Assembly (NCBI RefSeq): GCF_030028105.1
Contig: NC_092379.1
Coordinates: 25,475,821-25,539,820 of the forward strand
DNA length: 64,000 bases
DNA from: Mobula birostris
Taxonomy: Eukaryota
Reading direction: 5' to 3'
The notes beneath the pieces were generated by a model. It was not told the DNA's origin and did no database searches. It saw only the letters and a list, made by a program, of their open reading frames with translations. Position numbers and translations under genes: made by a program. Shown here piece after piece: positions 26,405 through 38,559 of this stretch. Numbering within the stretch: position 1 is the first letter of the stretch; every line of letters begins with the position of its first letter.

Positions 26405-27241
26405 CATCCCATCGCTGTACAGCATAGAAACCGTCTCTGTTGTGTGGAAAACATCACGTGTAGCCCCAGGACTCAGAAACAGACAACCAAAAATCTGGAA
26501 TGATTACTGTCTAGTGGCTCTGACCTCAGAGTTCATGGAGACCACAGAAAGGCTGGTCCTGGCTCAGCTCAGACCCCTGGTCAGATCAACACTCGATCCC
26601 AAACAGATTGACTACCAGGAGCATAATGGAGACGACAATGTTATCATCTAGCCTCTGAACAGAGCCTGCTTACCTTTGACTAAGCAGCGCATCACTCTGA
26701 CGATGATATATTTCTTGATTTAATAATTGCCTTCAATACAATAAGCATTGCTTGGGTAATGGCACTGTTTAATATCGATTAGTCTGTTATTTTGTTGCTA
26801 CGGGTGGCAGTGGTGGTCACGTCATTGTGTTTATTTAAGGCAGAGATTGATATGTATCTGAGTAGCTAGGGCATCAAAGTTTATGGTGAGAAGGCGGAGG
26901 ATTGCGACTAAATGGGAGAAAAGATCAGCTCTTGATAAAATGGCGGAGCAGACTCGATGGACTGAATGGACGACTTCTGCTTCGTTGTCTTATGGTCTAT
27001 CCCCGATAATGGACAATCTGACAGGCAGACCACAGATGTGCGGCTTCGGAGCTATGTGTCAGAAATGGTTATAAGCATCACTGGAAACCATCCACCGCCC
27101 CCCGCCCCCCACTCCGGCCACCCCGGTGGATTCATTCCTGTTTACCCTCCAGGTCTTGGACTTTAAATACAATACTGAGCCATATCATGCACAGAAATTC
27201 ACTGAGGACTAGACAGTACTTAGAAACCGGGATAATGAATG
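26405..27241 (+). mobile_element. Rex1/Babar LINE internal RT fragment inserted in the V pseudogene
   Basis: VWKTSRVAP..NDYCLVALTS..TERLVLAQLRPLV..LDP; DNLTGRPQ.VRL; DFKYNTEPYHAQKFTED (Rex1 LQKFSDD). Confidence 0.8.
26810..26998 (+). mobile_element. CR1 3' end fragment nested in the Rex1 fragment
   Basis: tttaaggcagagattgat...atggcggagcagactcgatgg...tcttatggtct tail; compare 38330-38490. Confidence 0.7.
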
Positions 27242-28869
27242 CAGTGCACTGGTGGAGGACTTTGACTAATGGAGCAAGATGAGTAATCTGCAGTTTAAAA
27301 TTCGTAATTCTAATGCTAATCCTGCTTTGCTCATGTTACTATTGATTCTGAGGACGTAGATGTGATGAGGACGAGTACAACACCGATACAGAGACCGTGT
27401 ACAAGAAGGGTTAGTGCGGCCTAAAAATGCTGAATAGACTAAAGTCCTTCGCGGTATTAAGGCATCTCCTTCGCAAGTTTTAGCAACCTTTGTCGCCAGT
27501 TCAATGTTCCATGCAGTGCTGTGCTGGATCAGTGATATCAACACGGGTAATGCTGACATTACGAAGAATATACCTTCACGCGGACTAAAACCAACACATC
27601 CATCCGCAAGCTTGCTTACCATGGAAATTCTTGAAAACTTGCTAATACAAAATTGTGATGGTAATTCAAAGCTGTCAAAGACAGATGGTTTGAAATTAAG
27701 ATTCAACATGATATTGAGGACGTATCAATCTTAATTGTCCTAAATTTGCCAGTAAGACTGACTGGACACAAAAGCCAAGTGCAAAAGAAAGTGAATGCTT
27801 CTGTACACGATGTAAATGAGTATTTGAAGAAGGCAGGTGTATTTTTATATGTGTCTGGGTCCGAGTCAGAGATGAATATTTGCTCTCAGCCTGAGTAATC
27901 CGGGAATTGTTGCGTTCGATCTCAAAACCTGAAGCTCCAGTATTCCCCAGCTAATAGTTGCTGTGAGCGGACTGAACGTTCTGCAATTCATAAGTGTTTA
28001 AGGAGCCGCTGAAAAAAAAACACACTGATCGAAAAGAGCAGGTTGGGAAATAAGGAATGGTTTGCCTGATGTAGTGTTTGTATCTTTGATTGTCTTAAAT
28101 TCGCAAGCTGTCTGCAATATTATGAAAACAGAAAGGGAAATTATTTCATTTTCTATCGAGACCAGATTTTTTTCCATCCTTCTTTTGAATACTTTCTGCA
28201 AAGAGTCATTATTCTCATGAATTTTATGTAATCAGGGTATTCTTGCCACATTAGTCCTTTACAATTAATTTCAGTTCCAGTAATCGGTGTTTACATGAAA
28301 AAGCTGATCATTATATACCTATTCAAATCTGAAACTATATATGTTAAAACTAATGGCGTACGAATTGACAGAAGTTTTTTTTTCTGCGATGTTGAATAAA
28401 ACGTTTCTGGAAGTACTAACTGCGCCATCTTGCACCAACTTATGCGTGAATAAGGAAGCTCGGAATTTCAGTGCACTTCACCGAGCAATTCCATTCACGT
28501 GCAAGTTGTTTTGAGATTAGACGTTCACCGCACTTTCATTGGTTTGACTGCTTAATTCTTAATGTTCTACGTAATACACTCCCGTCCACGGTATTCATTG
28601 TTTTTTTTTTTTTTTGTCTTCGTTTTTGTACTTTATTGGCATACTACTGGAAGAATGCTTCTGTAGAAGTGGCTGCGAAAGTTGTGAGCAGAAGCTCCCT
28701 TTGGCAATTATCAAACATATCCAATTTAAATATCTCGCATATTTAATGCTTGGCGAAAACTTCACTTTTCAACTTGCCGCACTTTTCTCTGCCCCCCTCC
28801 ATTCGAAAAAGTAGGTCGCATCGCAGTTTGGAGATTAACTACTAAGAGGACAGTCTTCCACGATACAGC

Positions 28870-29653
28870 TTGCTTTTATTCTCCTATGTCCTTCTCTTCT
28901 TTAGAAGGTGGTTGCGATTTTGTTCGGCTGCATTATCCACATTTATTTTACGTTTCTTCGCAATTAGTTGGTTTCTGGCCCGACTGTGCTGCAGGCAATT
29001 CCTCATCTCTGGGAACGGCCATAAAAGCGTTCATCCTTGAGGCTGGGGGATCGGAGATCCCTTTGCGCCTCGGGAACGACCTGCTTCGTCGGAGATTCGA
29101 CGTCCTACGCGCCGTGGGACAAAGAAACATTGATAATGAAACACAGAGACAGCAGGACCTGTGTTTGCCTATCACCCGCTGCTCTCAGAATACGACCCCT
29201 GTACTGGAGCCATCCCTCTTTCTTTTAAAGTAGAGTGAGACCCTGTAGTCCTTGTATCGCGGCGTTTGCGGTAGCGACACGGAAGGTTGTAAAATTGGAA
29301 CGGCGCCAGCTTGTCCCGCTCTCCTTGCTGCAGGACCTACCACACTCTCCGTCGCTGAGAGAGAGATCCTCCGTGGCTTACGGATATTTTGGGTTTCGAC
29401 GAGTACTAATGGACGCTGGATCAAGCATCGTGGAGGATGTGGAGTTGTAGGGTTTAGGTGCTTCTCCGGCCGCGAGTGTGTTGCTGATGCTTTACTGCTG
29501 CTGTTGAAAGGGAAAGTGAGGGGGCTTAGGGGCTTTAAAGTGTCTATAATTCATTCTATGGACAGTGGGAACAGTTAGAAATCAGACGATGGGATTAAGA
29601 CCTAATCAAGGAGATAATAGCAAAATGGGGCATTACCGGACAGGACCATTACA
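28870..29653 (-). mobile_element. Candidate 3' LTR of the chromodomain Gypsy element (far end uncertain)
   Basis: Begins TGTAATGG right after the polypurine tract ggggcggggggtggggt; CpG-rich; AATAAA at about 28945 and 28875 on the minus strand. Confidence 0.4.
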
Positions 29654-31570
29654 GACAACACCCCACCCCCCGCCCCACGCAATAATGGGAGGCTCCATGC
29701 CAATCCTCTAGGCTTGCTGGATGGTCCCGATAGAAGTTCTGGATGACGAAGAGGTCCAGGATGAAGGGGGGGGGGGGGTGGAACCCAGGAGCGCTCCACT
29801 GGGCCGTACCCTTCCTGGTCGACCAGGTATTGGAGACCCCTGCCCTGCGGGCGCACATGTTGTAGCCGCCGGACGGTGTATGCCGGATGGCCGCCGATGA
29901 TCCTGGATGGTTGTTGATGATTCTTTCGACCTCGAAATGTTCCAGGAAGCGAACGGCGAATTTCTTAGGCTCGTTTTTGAGAGGGGTGTCTTTGCATAAG
30001 AGCCACACCTTCGGCCCAGGTCGATATTCAGACGCAGGAGTCTGGTGTCGATCGGCAGTCCCCTTATTGCGATCGGCTGATCTGAGAAGGGTCGTGCGTT
30101 TGTCCTACTAAACCTTGCGGCACCGATCGCTATGGGCCCGAACAGACAGCACCGCAATCTCCTCTTCTCGCGTGGGGAACAGCGTGGGTTGGTACCCAAG
30201 GGAGCACTGGAAGGGAGATCTTCCGGTGGCAGTACTAACCAGAGAATTGTGGGCGGTCTCAACCCACGCGATGTGGTCGCTTCAGGTAAGCGGTTTGTTG
30301 GTTGTTTTACAACGTACTGTCGCCTCCAAATGCTAGTTGACCCGTTCTGCTTGCACGTTCGTCTGAGCGTGGAAGCCGGAAGGCAGGCTGACCAATGCAC
30401 CCAAGGCTTTACAGAAGGTCTTCCATGCCTGCGAGGCGAATTGGGGACCCTGATCGGAGGCTATGTCCGTGGGAATTCCGTGGACGAGAAGGTCTGTGGT
30501 TTACAGAGCAGAAGGGCGTCCAGGGAGGTCTACAAAGTGCACCGTCTTGGAGAACCGGCCCCCCACGGTGAGTACAGTGGTGTTTCAATGTGAAAGGTGT
30601 AGACCGGTGACAAAATCGAGGGCGATTTCGGAACAAGCACGACCACAGACAGGTAAGGGACGTAGTCATCCACTTAGGCTTCCTTTACTATGGACTCAAT
30701 CTCCCAAGTGAGTGATGCCACCACTCAGGATTGTGGGAGGATTGTCTCTGGGCTGGAAGTGTTCTCCTTAGAATTATATTGGCGGGAGAACGCGCCAGGT
30801 TTTCAGTTCTTTTACTCTGGACGGTTTGGGAGAGAAAACGTGAATCGTCCAAGAAATAATGCCCAAATGGCCGGGCAGGAGATCAAACGTTTGGTGGTCT
30901 GAATATATCCCAGATTCTTATGATCAGTGCAAGCAATAAACTGGTGTTCCGCCCCCTGCAGCCAGTTCCCCACTCCTCAAATGCTAGCTTGACCGCCAGT
31001 AGTTCCCGATTCCCCACGCCGTAAATTCACTCGGCGGGGGCAGCCGGCGAGAAAATAAGACACAGGGATGAAACTTCTGCTCCGGACGTGATCGTTCGAC
31101 GAGGAGAGCTCCCACCCCGGAGTGGGAGGCGTTAACCTCAACAATGAATTGGCGTGAGCGGTCTGGTTACACCAGGATGGGTGCGGTCGTGAGACATCTC
31201 TGTTAGTTCCGTGAAAGCTGAATCGGCCTCGAATTCCCAAAGACAAGTTGTTTGGGCGACGTCAGTCGAGTGAGGCACGCCGCCACCAGACTGTAATCGC
31301 TGATAAATCGGCGGTAATAATTTGCAAAACATCAAAACCGCTGAGATCGTTTGCGGGTCGTAGGTGTGGGCCATTCTTCCACCGCCAGGATCTTCATTGG
31401 CTATGCCCTCACTTGCACTCTCTCGATGATGTAGTGCAGGAAGTTGACCGAGAAACCTGGAACTCACACTTCTCCACCTTCACAAATAAATGTTCTCCCA
31501 CAGTTTCTGGAGGACTAGACATACATGGTGAATGTGTTTCTGGAGGCTTCTACAATGCGGACTCTGTCCT
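29654..31570 (-). mobile_element. Ty3/Gypsy chromovirus (Sushi-like) pol: RT end, RNase H, integrase, chromodomain, PPT
   Basis: LFVKVEKCEF; EADSAFTEL; integrase core (GFHAQTN.QTERVNQ); GPF-like [12 protein letters not shown]; chromodomain [22 protein letters not shown]. Frameshifted. Confidence 0.9.
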
Positions 31571-31580
31571 ATGCTGTCTG

Positions 31581-32038
31581 TGTTAATAAGTACACCAGAA
31601 TCTCATCATTAACAATTAACTACAGTAACATCCCAACCACTAAGGTCAGTGTAGCTCGTTTATAAGTTTTGTGACTGTCGCCTCTCTCCTTCCATAAAGA
31701 ATAGAGTGACAAATGCAAGATTGTAGTCCTTCGAAACCATTCCATAGCCCGATGATTCACTGAAAGATTATTACTAATGTCTCTAATGTCTCTTACGGTA
31801 TCTCTGGTGGATCCATGGTCTGTATTTCATGTAGTCAGTATTACTATTGCACATTGAAGTCTTTCAGCTGTTTGAGCACCCTCTCCCTTGTCTTAGTAAC
31901 TGCACTAACTTTTCTTTCCTCATACTCTTGAAAACAGACATTCTGCTGCTCTATTCCGCAGTGACGACTGATTCATAAATACTTATATGATACAAATTCT
32001 CACAAGACAGTCATAAGATCTCCTTGAGGTATATAACA
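31581..32038 (-). mobile_element. 3' LTR of the Gmr1-like element
   Basis: TGTTA...TAACA termini, 458 bp, immediately after the purine tract ggaggga. Confidence 0.7.
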
Positions 32039-35000
32039 CATCCCTCCAAAAAAGTGGTCTCTTATGGAATAAATGTTTAACAACTAGGAATTTACACAGA
32101 AAGAAAATACAAAGGTAAGAAATTTAGAACATACACGCTATACACAGTATTATCTTTCAGCACTTTACAAACTAATATACAGTAAGTATGCTACAAATGT
32201 GAAAATACCACTCCAAAAAATATTGTAAATTTAACATCTAGTTAGACAATCAGCGATCACATTATCTTCACCTTTAATATGAGTGATCAAAATATTATAT
32301 TCCTGTAACATTAAACTCCAATTTAATAATCTCCTATTTTTTTTTTTTTGTTTTTGTTTTTCATCTTACCCAATAACCCGAACGGATTATGATCGGTACA
32401 AACTGTGAATGGTTTATGTGTAGTACTAACATACACTTCAAAATCTTCTAAAGCCAAAACAAGTGATAATAATTCGTTTTTTATTGTTGAATAATTTCTT
32501 TGATGGGCATTAAATTTCTTAGGAAAATAAGCTACCGGACAATCAACTTCATCACCATCATCTCTTTGAAGTAACACTGCTCTTGCAGCTTCATCACTAG
32601 CATCTGCACCTAACAAAATGGTTTCTCAAAGTCAGGAGATTTGAGTACATGTTAACTACATATTATAGTTTTCAATTTATCAAATATTCCCTGCCAAGGT
32701 TTTGTCCAAGCAAACTTTTCATTTTTCTCCAAGAGTTTAGTTAATGGAAGAACAATGTTCACAAAATTCTTACAACATTTTCTGTAATATCCTACCTACC
32801 CAGGAATCTTCTGAGAGTTTTCTTACCAGTTGGAGTGGGTACTTCTAAATTGCCTGAACATTTGCTTGAACAGGAGGTAATTTTCCTTTACCCACAACAT
32901 AGCCAAGGTAAGTCACTATGGCATGACCAAATTCACTTTTAGCTATGTTAATAGTTAAGTTAGCTTTTGAAGGTCTCTAAAATAGTTTCTCCACCGCAGT
33001 AATATGTGCTTTCCACGTATTATTTCCTGTAACTAAATCATCAAAATAGGCATCTGTATCTTTCAATCCATGAATCACACTATTGATCAGCATTTGAAAA
33101 GTACCTGGTGCATTCTCCATTCCAAATGGAAGAACATCATATTCATATAACCCAGATGTGGTTACAAATGCTGAAATCCCTCTACCTCTATCTGTCAATG
33201 GAATACACCAATAACTTTTCAACAAATCAATCTTTCTAAGGAATTTGGCTTGTCCAACTTTATCCACACAATCTTCTACCCGAGGAATGTGATACGCATC
33301 AGTTTTTGTCATATCATTCACTTTCCTGTAATCTAAACAAAACCCAATATTATTTGCTGGCTTAGGCACCATAACACACGACGAACTCCAATTCGAATTA
33401 GAATGTCTGAAATTATCATTCTCTAACATATAGTTAATTTCTTGTACGACAAGTTCTCATGTATCCCTGTTCATTCGTACGGACATTGTTTTAGGGGTTT
33501 TCCGTCTCCAACATCTACATCATGTGTAGCAACGGTTGTTCTTCTATGAACGTCTGGAAATAAATCTTTATTAAAAAAAAACAAACAAAAAAAAAAACTG
33601 TTTCATCTGCTCCTTCTGCTCTGGCTGTAAATGAGCTAATTTATCAACAATATTTTTTTAGAATTCTTGAACGCGGTAACCTAGCAGAAATAATGTTGCG
33701 TTTAAAAGGAGTTTCGGATGATTCATCAATTACGTTTTTTAGAAAGATCAGACTAATTATTGATCACAACAGTCATAGTATCAGCTTCCCTGTCATAATG
33801 CGGTTGTATCATATTTATATGACACAGCTCTGTTGGCTTTCTTCGATCTGGGGTTTTTATCGCGAAATCCACATTATTTACCTTAGAATTAAGCTCATAA
33901 GGACCATGAAATTTTGTTACAATGGCGGGAGCATTGGCAGCAAGGGTGGACCCAAATTGCAAGGCACATCTTGTGAGGTACTTAAATTTAATTTATTGTT
34001 CAAAACCAGGAGAACAAGGCAGGAGTAGGAACAGCGAACTGCACAAGGACTGAGGAGTACGACTAGGCTGGGACCAAGGTCTGGGCTAGCAATCGGATTC
34101 GGCTCCCAGAATTATAGGAGACATGAAGCGGCTAGGGTATGGACTCCGAGCCAGAGACTGGGCAAGGACCCAGTACCTGGGTCTCCCCTCGAGCTTGGAC
34201 CCCAGAACCAGGAAAGGACATGGCATGGGCCAGGGAGGGGAGGAACATGGGAACACAAAGTCCCGGCCTAGGGGAGCAGGTACATGGAACCATGGAGACA
34301 TACACAGAACATAGAGTCGGGACCCCTCATTGGGTACAAGACATAGGAACGGGACTCACACACAGAACAGAGAGCCAGGACCCCTCCTTGGGTACAGGAC
34401 GTAGGGTCGGGACTCATGACCTTCCGCGGGGCAACGGTAAGGCGGCCTGACTTACCCGACGGAGGCGAGGGCAAGACAAGACAAGACAAGACTCCCCGCG
34501 GGGCAACGGTAAGACGGCCAGACTTACCCCCAAGGAGGCGAGGACAACACAAGTCAAGACCAACACGAATGAACACCAGGCAGTACCTATCTAGCTCCAG
34601 CGATGAAATTAGACCGACGTGCATGCGGGGGCTCCATACGAGGGATAGAGGCGAGAGGGGCACATAAGGGTTTCAGACAAGTGGGTAGGACAGGAATCAC
34701 AGACCGTCACGGCCAGGACTTGATTCAGAACTGGGAAGCCACCAGCGCCAGGACTTCACTTTGTACTTGAATGCCGCCTGGACAAGGACTTGACATGGTA
34801 CTAGAATGCCGCCAGGGCCAGGACTTGACTTAGTACGGGAACGCCACCAGGGACAGGACTTGATTTGCTACTTGATTGGCGGCAGAGCAAGGACTTGACT
34901 TGGTACTTGAATGCCGCCAGGGAGGGACTTGACTTAGTACTTGAATATCGTCAGGACCAGAACTTGACCTGGTACTTGAATGCCGCCAGGGACAGGACTT

Positions 35001-36235
35001 GACATGGTGGTTGATTGCTGCCAGGGCCAGGACTTGACTTGGTGTTTGAATGCCGCCAGGTTAAGGACTTGACTTGGTACTTGAATGCCGCCGGAGCCAG
35101 GCCTTGACTTGGAGACTCCGGGTAGTGGCGAGCTCTCGACTCGGCTAGGGAACAGTAGACAACGGTTCTTGATTCCCTCCGGCGGGTTAACTGACGGACC
35201 CACCTTGGTGAGGAAACTTTGCAGGCTCGCTTTGCGAGGTAACTAGACAGGGTTGCTCCGTGACGAAGGGTGAATGACCGGCACATGCTTCGGCAGAGAC
35301 CAGACTTGCTCCGGCCAGATGGCATCGGCACACCGTGCCTTTGATAACTTTGCAGACGCTCCCGCGCCGAACGGCTGAAAGACGGAGACTATAAACTACC
35401 GGTTTAGCCGAGTGTTAATTGCCTCTAATCACCAAAGTCGAGGAACATGGGAAAACAGGGAATCAACGGTCCGGATCGGAACATAAACAAGGTAAATTTA
35501 AAGGGACCCCGATCCGGACCATGACAGATTTAGCTTGTAATGGGTTTGATTGTACCGGGTTAAGAAGTAGCACCTCATCTCCGGGCTTAAATAACTTCAT
35601 CCTATCTACCTTATCATACCAAACCTTCATTTTCTCTTGAACAAATTTTAAGGTTTCTTTTGCCAAGCTACAAACTATATATAATCTTTCTTTCAATGTC
35701 AATATATAATCTAGCAAATTAGTTTGTACCTCTTTATTAATCCACTGTTCTTTCAACAAGGCCAAATGTCCTCCAACTCTAAGCCCAATCAGAAGTTTAA
35801 AAAGACGGAAACCTAATGATTCTTGTACCTTCTCCCTTACTGCAAAAAGTACTAAATGTATGCCTTCATTCCAATCCTTTCCATTTTCTGCGCAATATGT
35901 CATCATCATAGTTTTTTTTATTTTTTTTATGGTAGGATGGAAACTCTCCAAGGCTCCTTGCGATTCCGGATGATAGGCTGATGAGATAATCTGTTTTTAT
36001 CCTACTTTATAATCTATCTGCTGAAACAATCCAGACATAAAATCACTACCTTGATCAGATTGTATTTCCTTAGGCAACGCGAAATAAGTAAAAAAAAAAA
36101 AAAATGGGAGCCTTTGTCACATTTTTGGCTGTTAATTCCCAAATAGGCATTGCCTCTGGAAACCTAGACGTTGGGCACATAATAATTAACAAATAATGAT
36201 GTCCAGGTTATTTTTTTGGCAAATGACCTACATAG
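32039..36235 (-). mobile_element. Gmr1-like Ty3/Gypsy internal region with IN-RT-RNaseH order
   Basis: On the minus strand: integrase (QSDQGSDF, SAYHPESQGALE, LQAK/FHGPY) at 36235-33750, then RT (FCLDYRKVN, IDLLKSYW, LPFGMENAPGTFQ, YFDD) at 33430-32900, then RNase H (DASD, NYSTIKNELL, TDHNP) at 32650-32240. Confidence 0.88.
33915..35526 (-). mobile_element. LTR family A copy 2 (probable solo LTR) inserted in the Gmr1 integrase
   Basis: TGTCA...TAACA termini on the minus strand. 5-bp TSD aattt/gattt with one mismatch. The host frame LQAK-FHGPY rejoins when it is removed. About 35-bp tandem array at 34710-35110. Confidence 0.8.
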
Positions 36236-36239
36236 TCTA

Positions 36240-38490
36240 CAACGGATTTTGAGAATGGACAAAAGCGAGACCGACAGCAGAACAACGGTGGCTGGAGTTT
36301 ATGCGTGAAGTGAAGACGGTTCAAGATAAATACATTCAAAATTAGGGGAAAAAAATCGAATGGAGAAAGGATGCAACCGTGGATGACAGGAGACGTAACG
36401 CCAAAGTTAAAGCAAAGGAGAGGTCATACAAGGAAGCAAAAAGTAAAAAGGAAAAAAAAAAGTGGTATGACAGAGGATTGGGAAGTTTTTAAAGGCTTTC
36501 AAAAGGAATCTACGAAGGTACTTAAAAGGGAATAGATGAACTATGAAAGAAAGGTAGCAGATAATATCAAAGAGTATACAAAAAGTTTTTTTTTTAAGAA
36601 TGTGAAGCGTAAAAGACAGGTGAGAGTAGATATAGGACGGATAGAAAATGATGCCGGACAAATTGTAATGGGAAACAAGGAGATGGTGGAGGAACTGAAA
36701 GTATTTTGCATCAGTCTTCACTGAGGAAAACATCAGCAGTATACCGGTCACTCAAAGGTGTCAGGGAAGAGAAGTGTGAGCAGTCACATTTACGACAGAG
36801 AAAGTACTCAGGAACTGAGCAGTCTAAGGGTAGATAAATCTTCCGGTCCAGATGGAATGCACACTCGTGTTCTGAAGGAAGTAGCTGTGGAGATTGCAGA
36901 GACATTTGCAATGATCTTTCAAAAGTCAATAGATTCTAGCATGCAAACAGCAGGAATTCTGCAGATGCTGGAAATTCAAGCAACACACATCAAAGTTGCT
37001 GGAAAACACAGCAGGCCAAGCAGCATCTGTAGGAAATGTCACTCCGCTATTTAAGAAGGGGTAAAGGAAGCAAAAAGGAAAGTATTGATCTGTTAGCTTG
37101 AAATCGGCGGTTGGGAAGTTGTTGGAGTCGATTGTGAAAGATGAGGTTACGTTGTACCTGGAGGCATATGACTAGGTAGGCAGAACTCAGCATGGTTTCC
37201 TTAAAGGAAAATCTTGCTTGACAAACTTATGGAAATTTTCCGAGGAAATTACAAGAAGGCTAAACAAGAGAGGTGTAGTGGATGTTGTATATTTGGATCT
37301 TCAGAAGGCCTTTGACAAGGGACCGCACATGAGGCTGCTAAGCAAGATAAGAGCTCATGTAATAGCGGGAAAGTTACATACGTGGAATGAGCGTTGGCTG
37401 ATTGGCAGGAACCAGAGAGTGGCAATAAAGGGATCCCATGCTGGTTGGCTGCCGGTTACCAGTGGTGTTCCACAGGAGTCTGTGTTTGGGGCCCCTTCTT
37501 TTTACGTCATACCTCACCGATTTGGATTATGGAATAGATGGCTTTGGGGCTAAGTTTGCAGATGATGCGAAGATAGGTGGAGGGACCTATAGTGCCGAGG
37601 AAACAGAGAGTCTGCAGACAGACTTGGTTAGATTGGGAGAATAGGCAAAGAAGTAGCAAATGAAGTACAATGTTGGAAAGTGTAAGGTCATGCACATTGA
37701 CAGAAGAAATAAACGGGCAGAGTATTATTTAAATGGGAACAATATTGAAAATTCTGCGATGCAACGGAACTTGGGAGTCCTTCTGCAGGATACAGTTAAG
37801 GTTAACCTCCAGGTTGAGTCGGTGGTGAAGAAGGCGAATGCAATGTTGGCATTCATTTCTGGAGGAATAGTGTATAGGAGGAGGGATATGATGTTGAGGC
37901 TCTATAAGGCACTGGTAAGACCTCGCATGGAGTACTGTGGGCAGCATTGGGCTTCGTATTAAAGAAGGGATGTGCGGACGTTGGAGAGGGTTCACAGAAG
38001 TTTAACTAGAACAATTCCGGGAATGAGAGGATTAACATTTGAGGAACGTTTGTCCGCTCTTAGACTGTATTCCTTGGAGTTTAGAAGAAATGAACAGGGA
38101 CCTCGTAGAGACATTTCTAATGTTGAAAGGCATGGACAGAGTGGATGTTGGAAAATTGTTTCCCATGGTGGAGGTCAAGTATGAGAGGGCATGACTTAAG
38201 GATTGAAGGACGCCCATTCAGAATAGAGATGAGAACCCCATTCAGAATAGAGTTGGGAATATTTTTTTTGTTTTCCAGAGGGCGTTGAATATGTAGAATT
38301 TGTTGCCACGGCGGCAGTGGAGGCCAAGTCATTCTGTGTATTTAAGGCGGAGATTGATAGGTATCTGAGTAGCCACGGTATGAAAGGTTATAGTGAGAAG
38401 GCGGGGCAGTGGGACTAAATGGGAGAATGGATCAGCTCATATAAAAATGGCGGAGCAGACTTCTGCTCCTTTGTCTTATGGCCTTATGGT
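36240..38490 (+). mobile_element. CR1 LINE RT and 3' end, containing a pseudo-LTR-derived insert at about 36940-37035
   Basis: SSGPDGMHTRVLKE, YLDLQKAFDK, GVPQESV, KFADDAK; tcttatggcc tail. Confidence 0.85.
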
Positions 38491-38559
38491 CTTCTGGTCT
38501 TCTGTTTTCTTGACGAGATTTACAACAACATTTGTACACCACGGTTTCTGTACCCTCTC

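Larger units (their letters stand above)
26161..27287 (-). pseudogene. TCR alpha/delta-type V pseudogene split by a Rex1 fragment
   Basis: 5' part 27287-27242 after acceptor ttttaaactgcag reads (D)YSSCSISQSPPPVH(W). 3' part 26404-26161 reads TEGSAT...PWYCTNPKEKQIF...KPQADFLQGQYPDVVQFSEREYEL..RLRLSYTAIH and aligns to the intact V (QADFAKGRFADVVQESQMEYRL). Frameshifts; both canonical Cys and the RSS are decayed. Confidence 0.8.

Noticed and set aside
27620-27665. Donor atg|gtaagc as leader of the V pseudogene
   Set aside because: The phase-1 frame lacks an ATG and contains a stop; it could be a dead leader but cannot be supported.
28948-29175. ORF containing RMNAFM, reminiscent of a SOX HMG box
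   Set aside because: No other HMG residues follow; it lies in probable LTR sequence.
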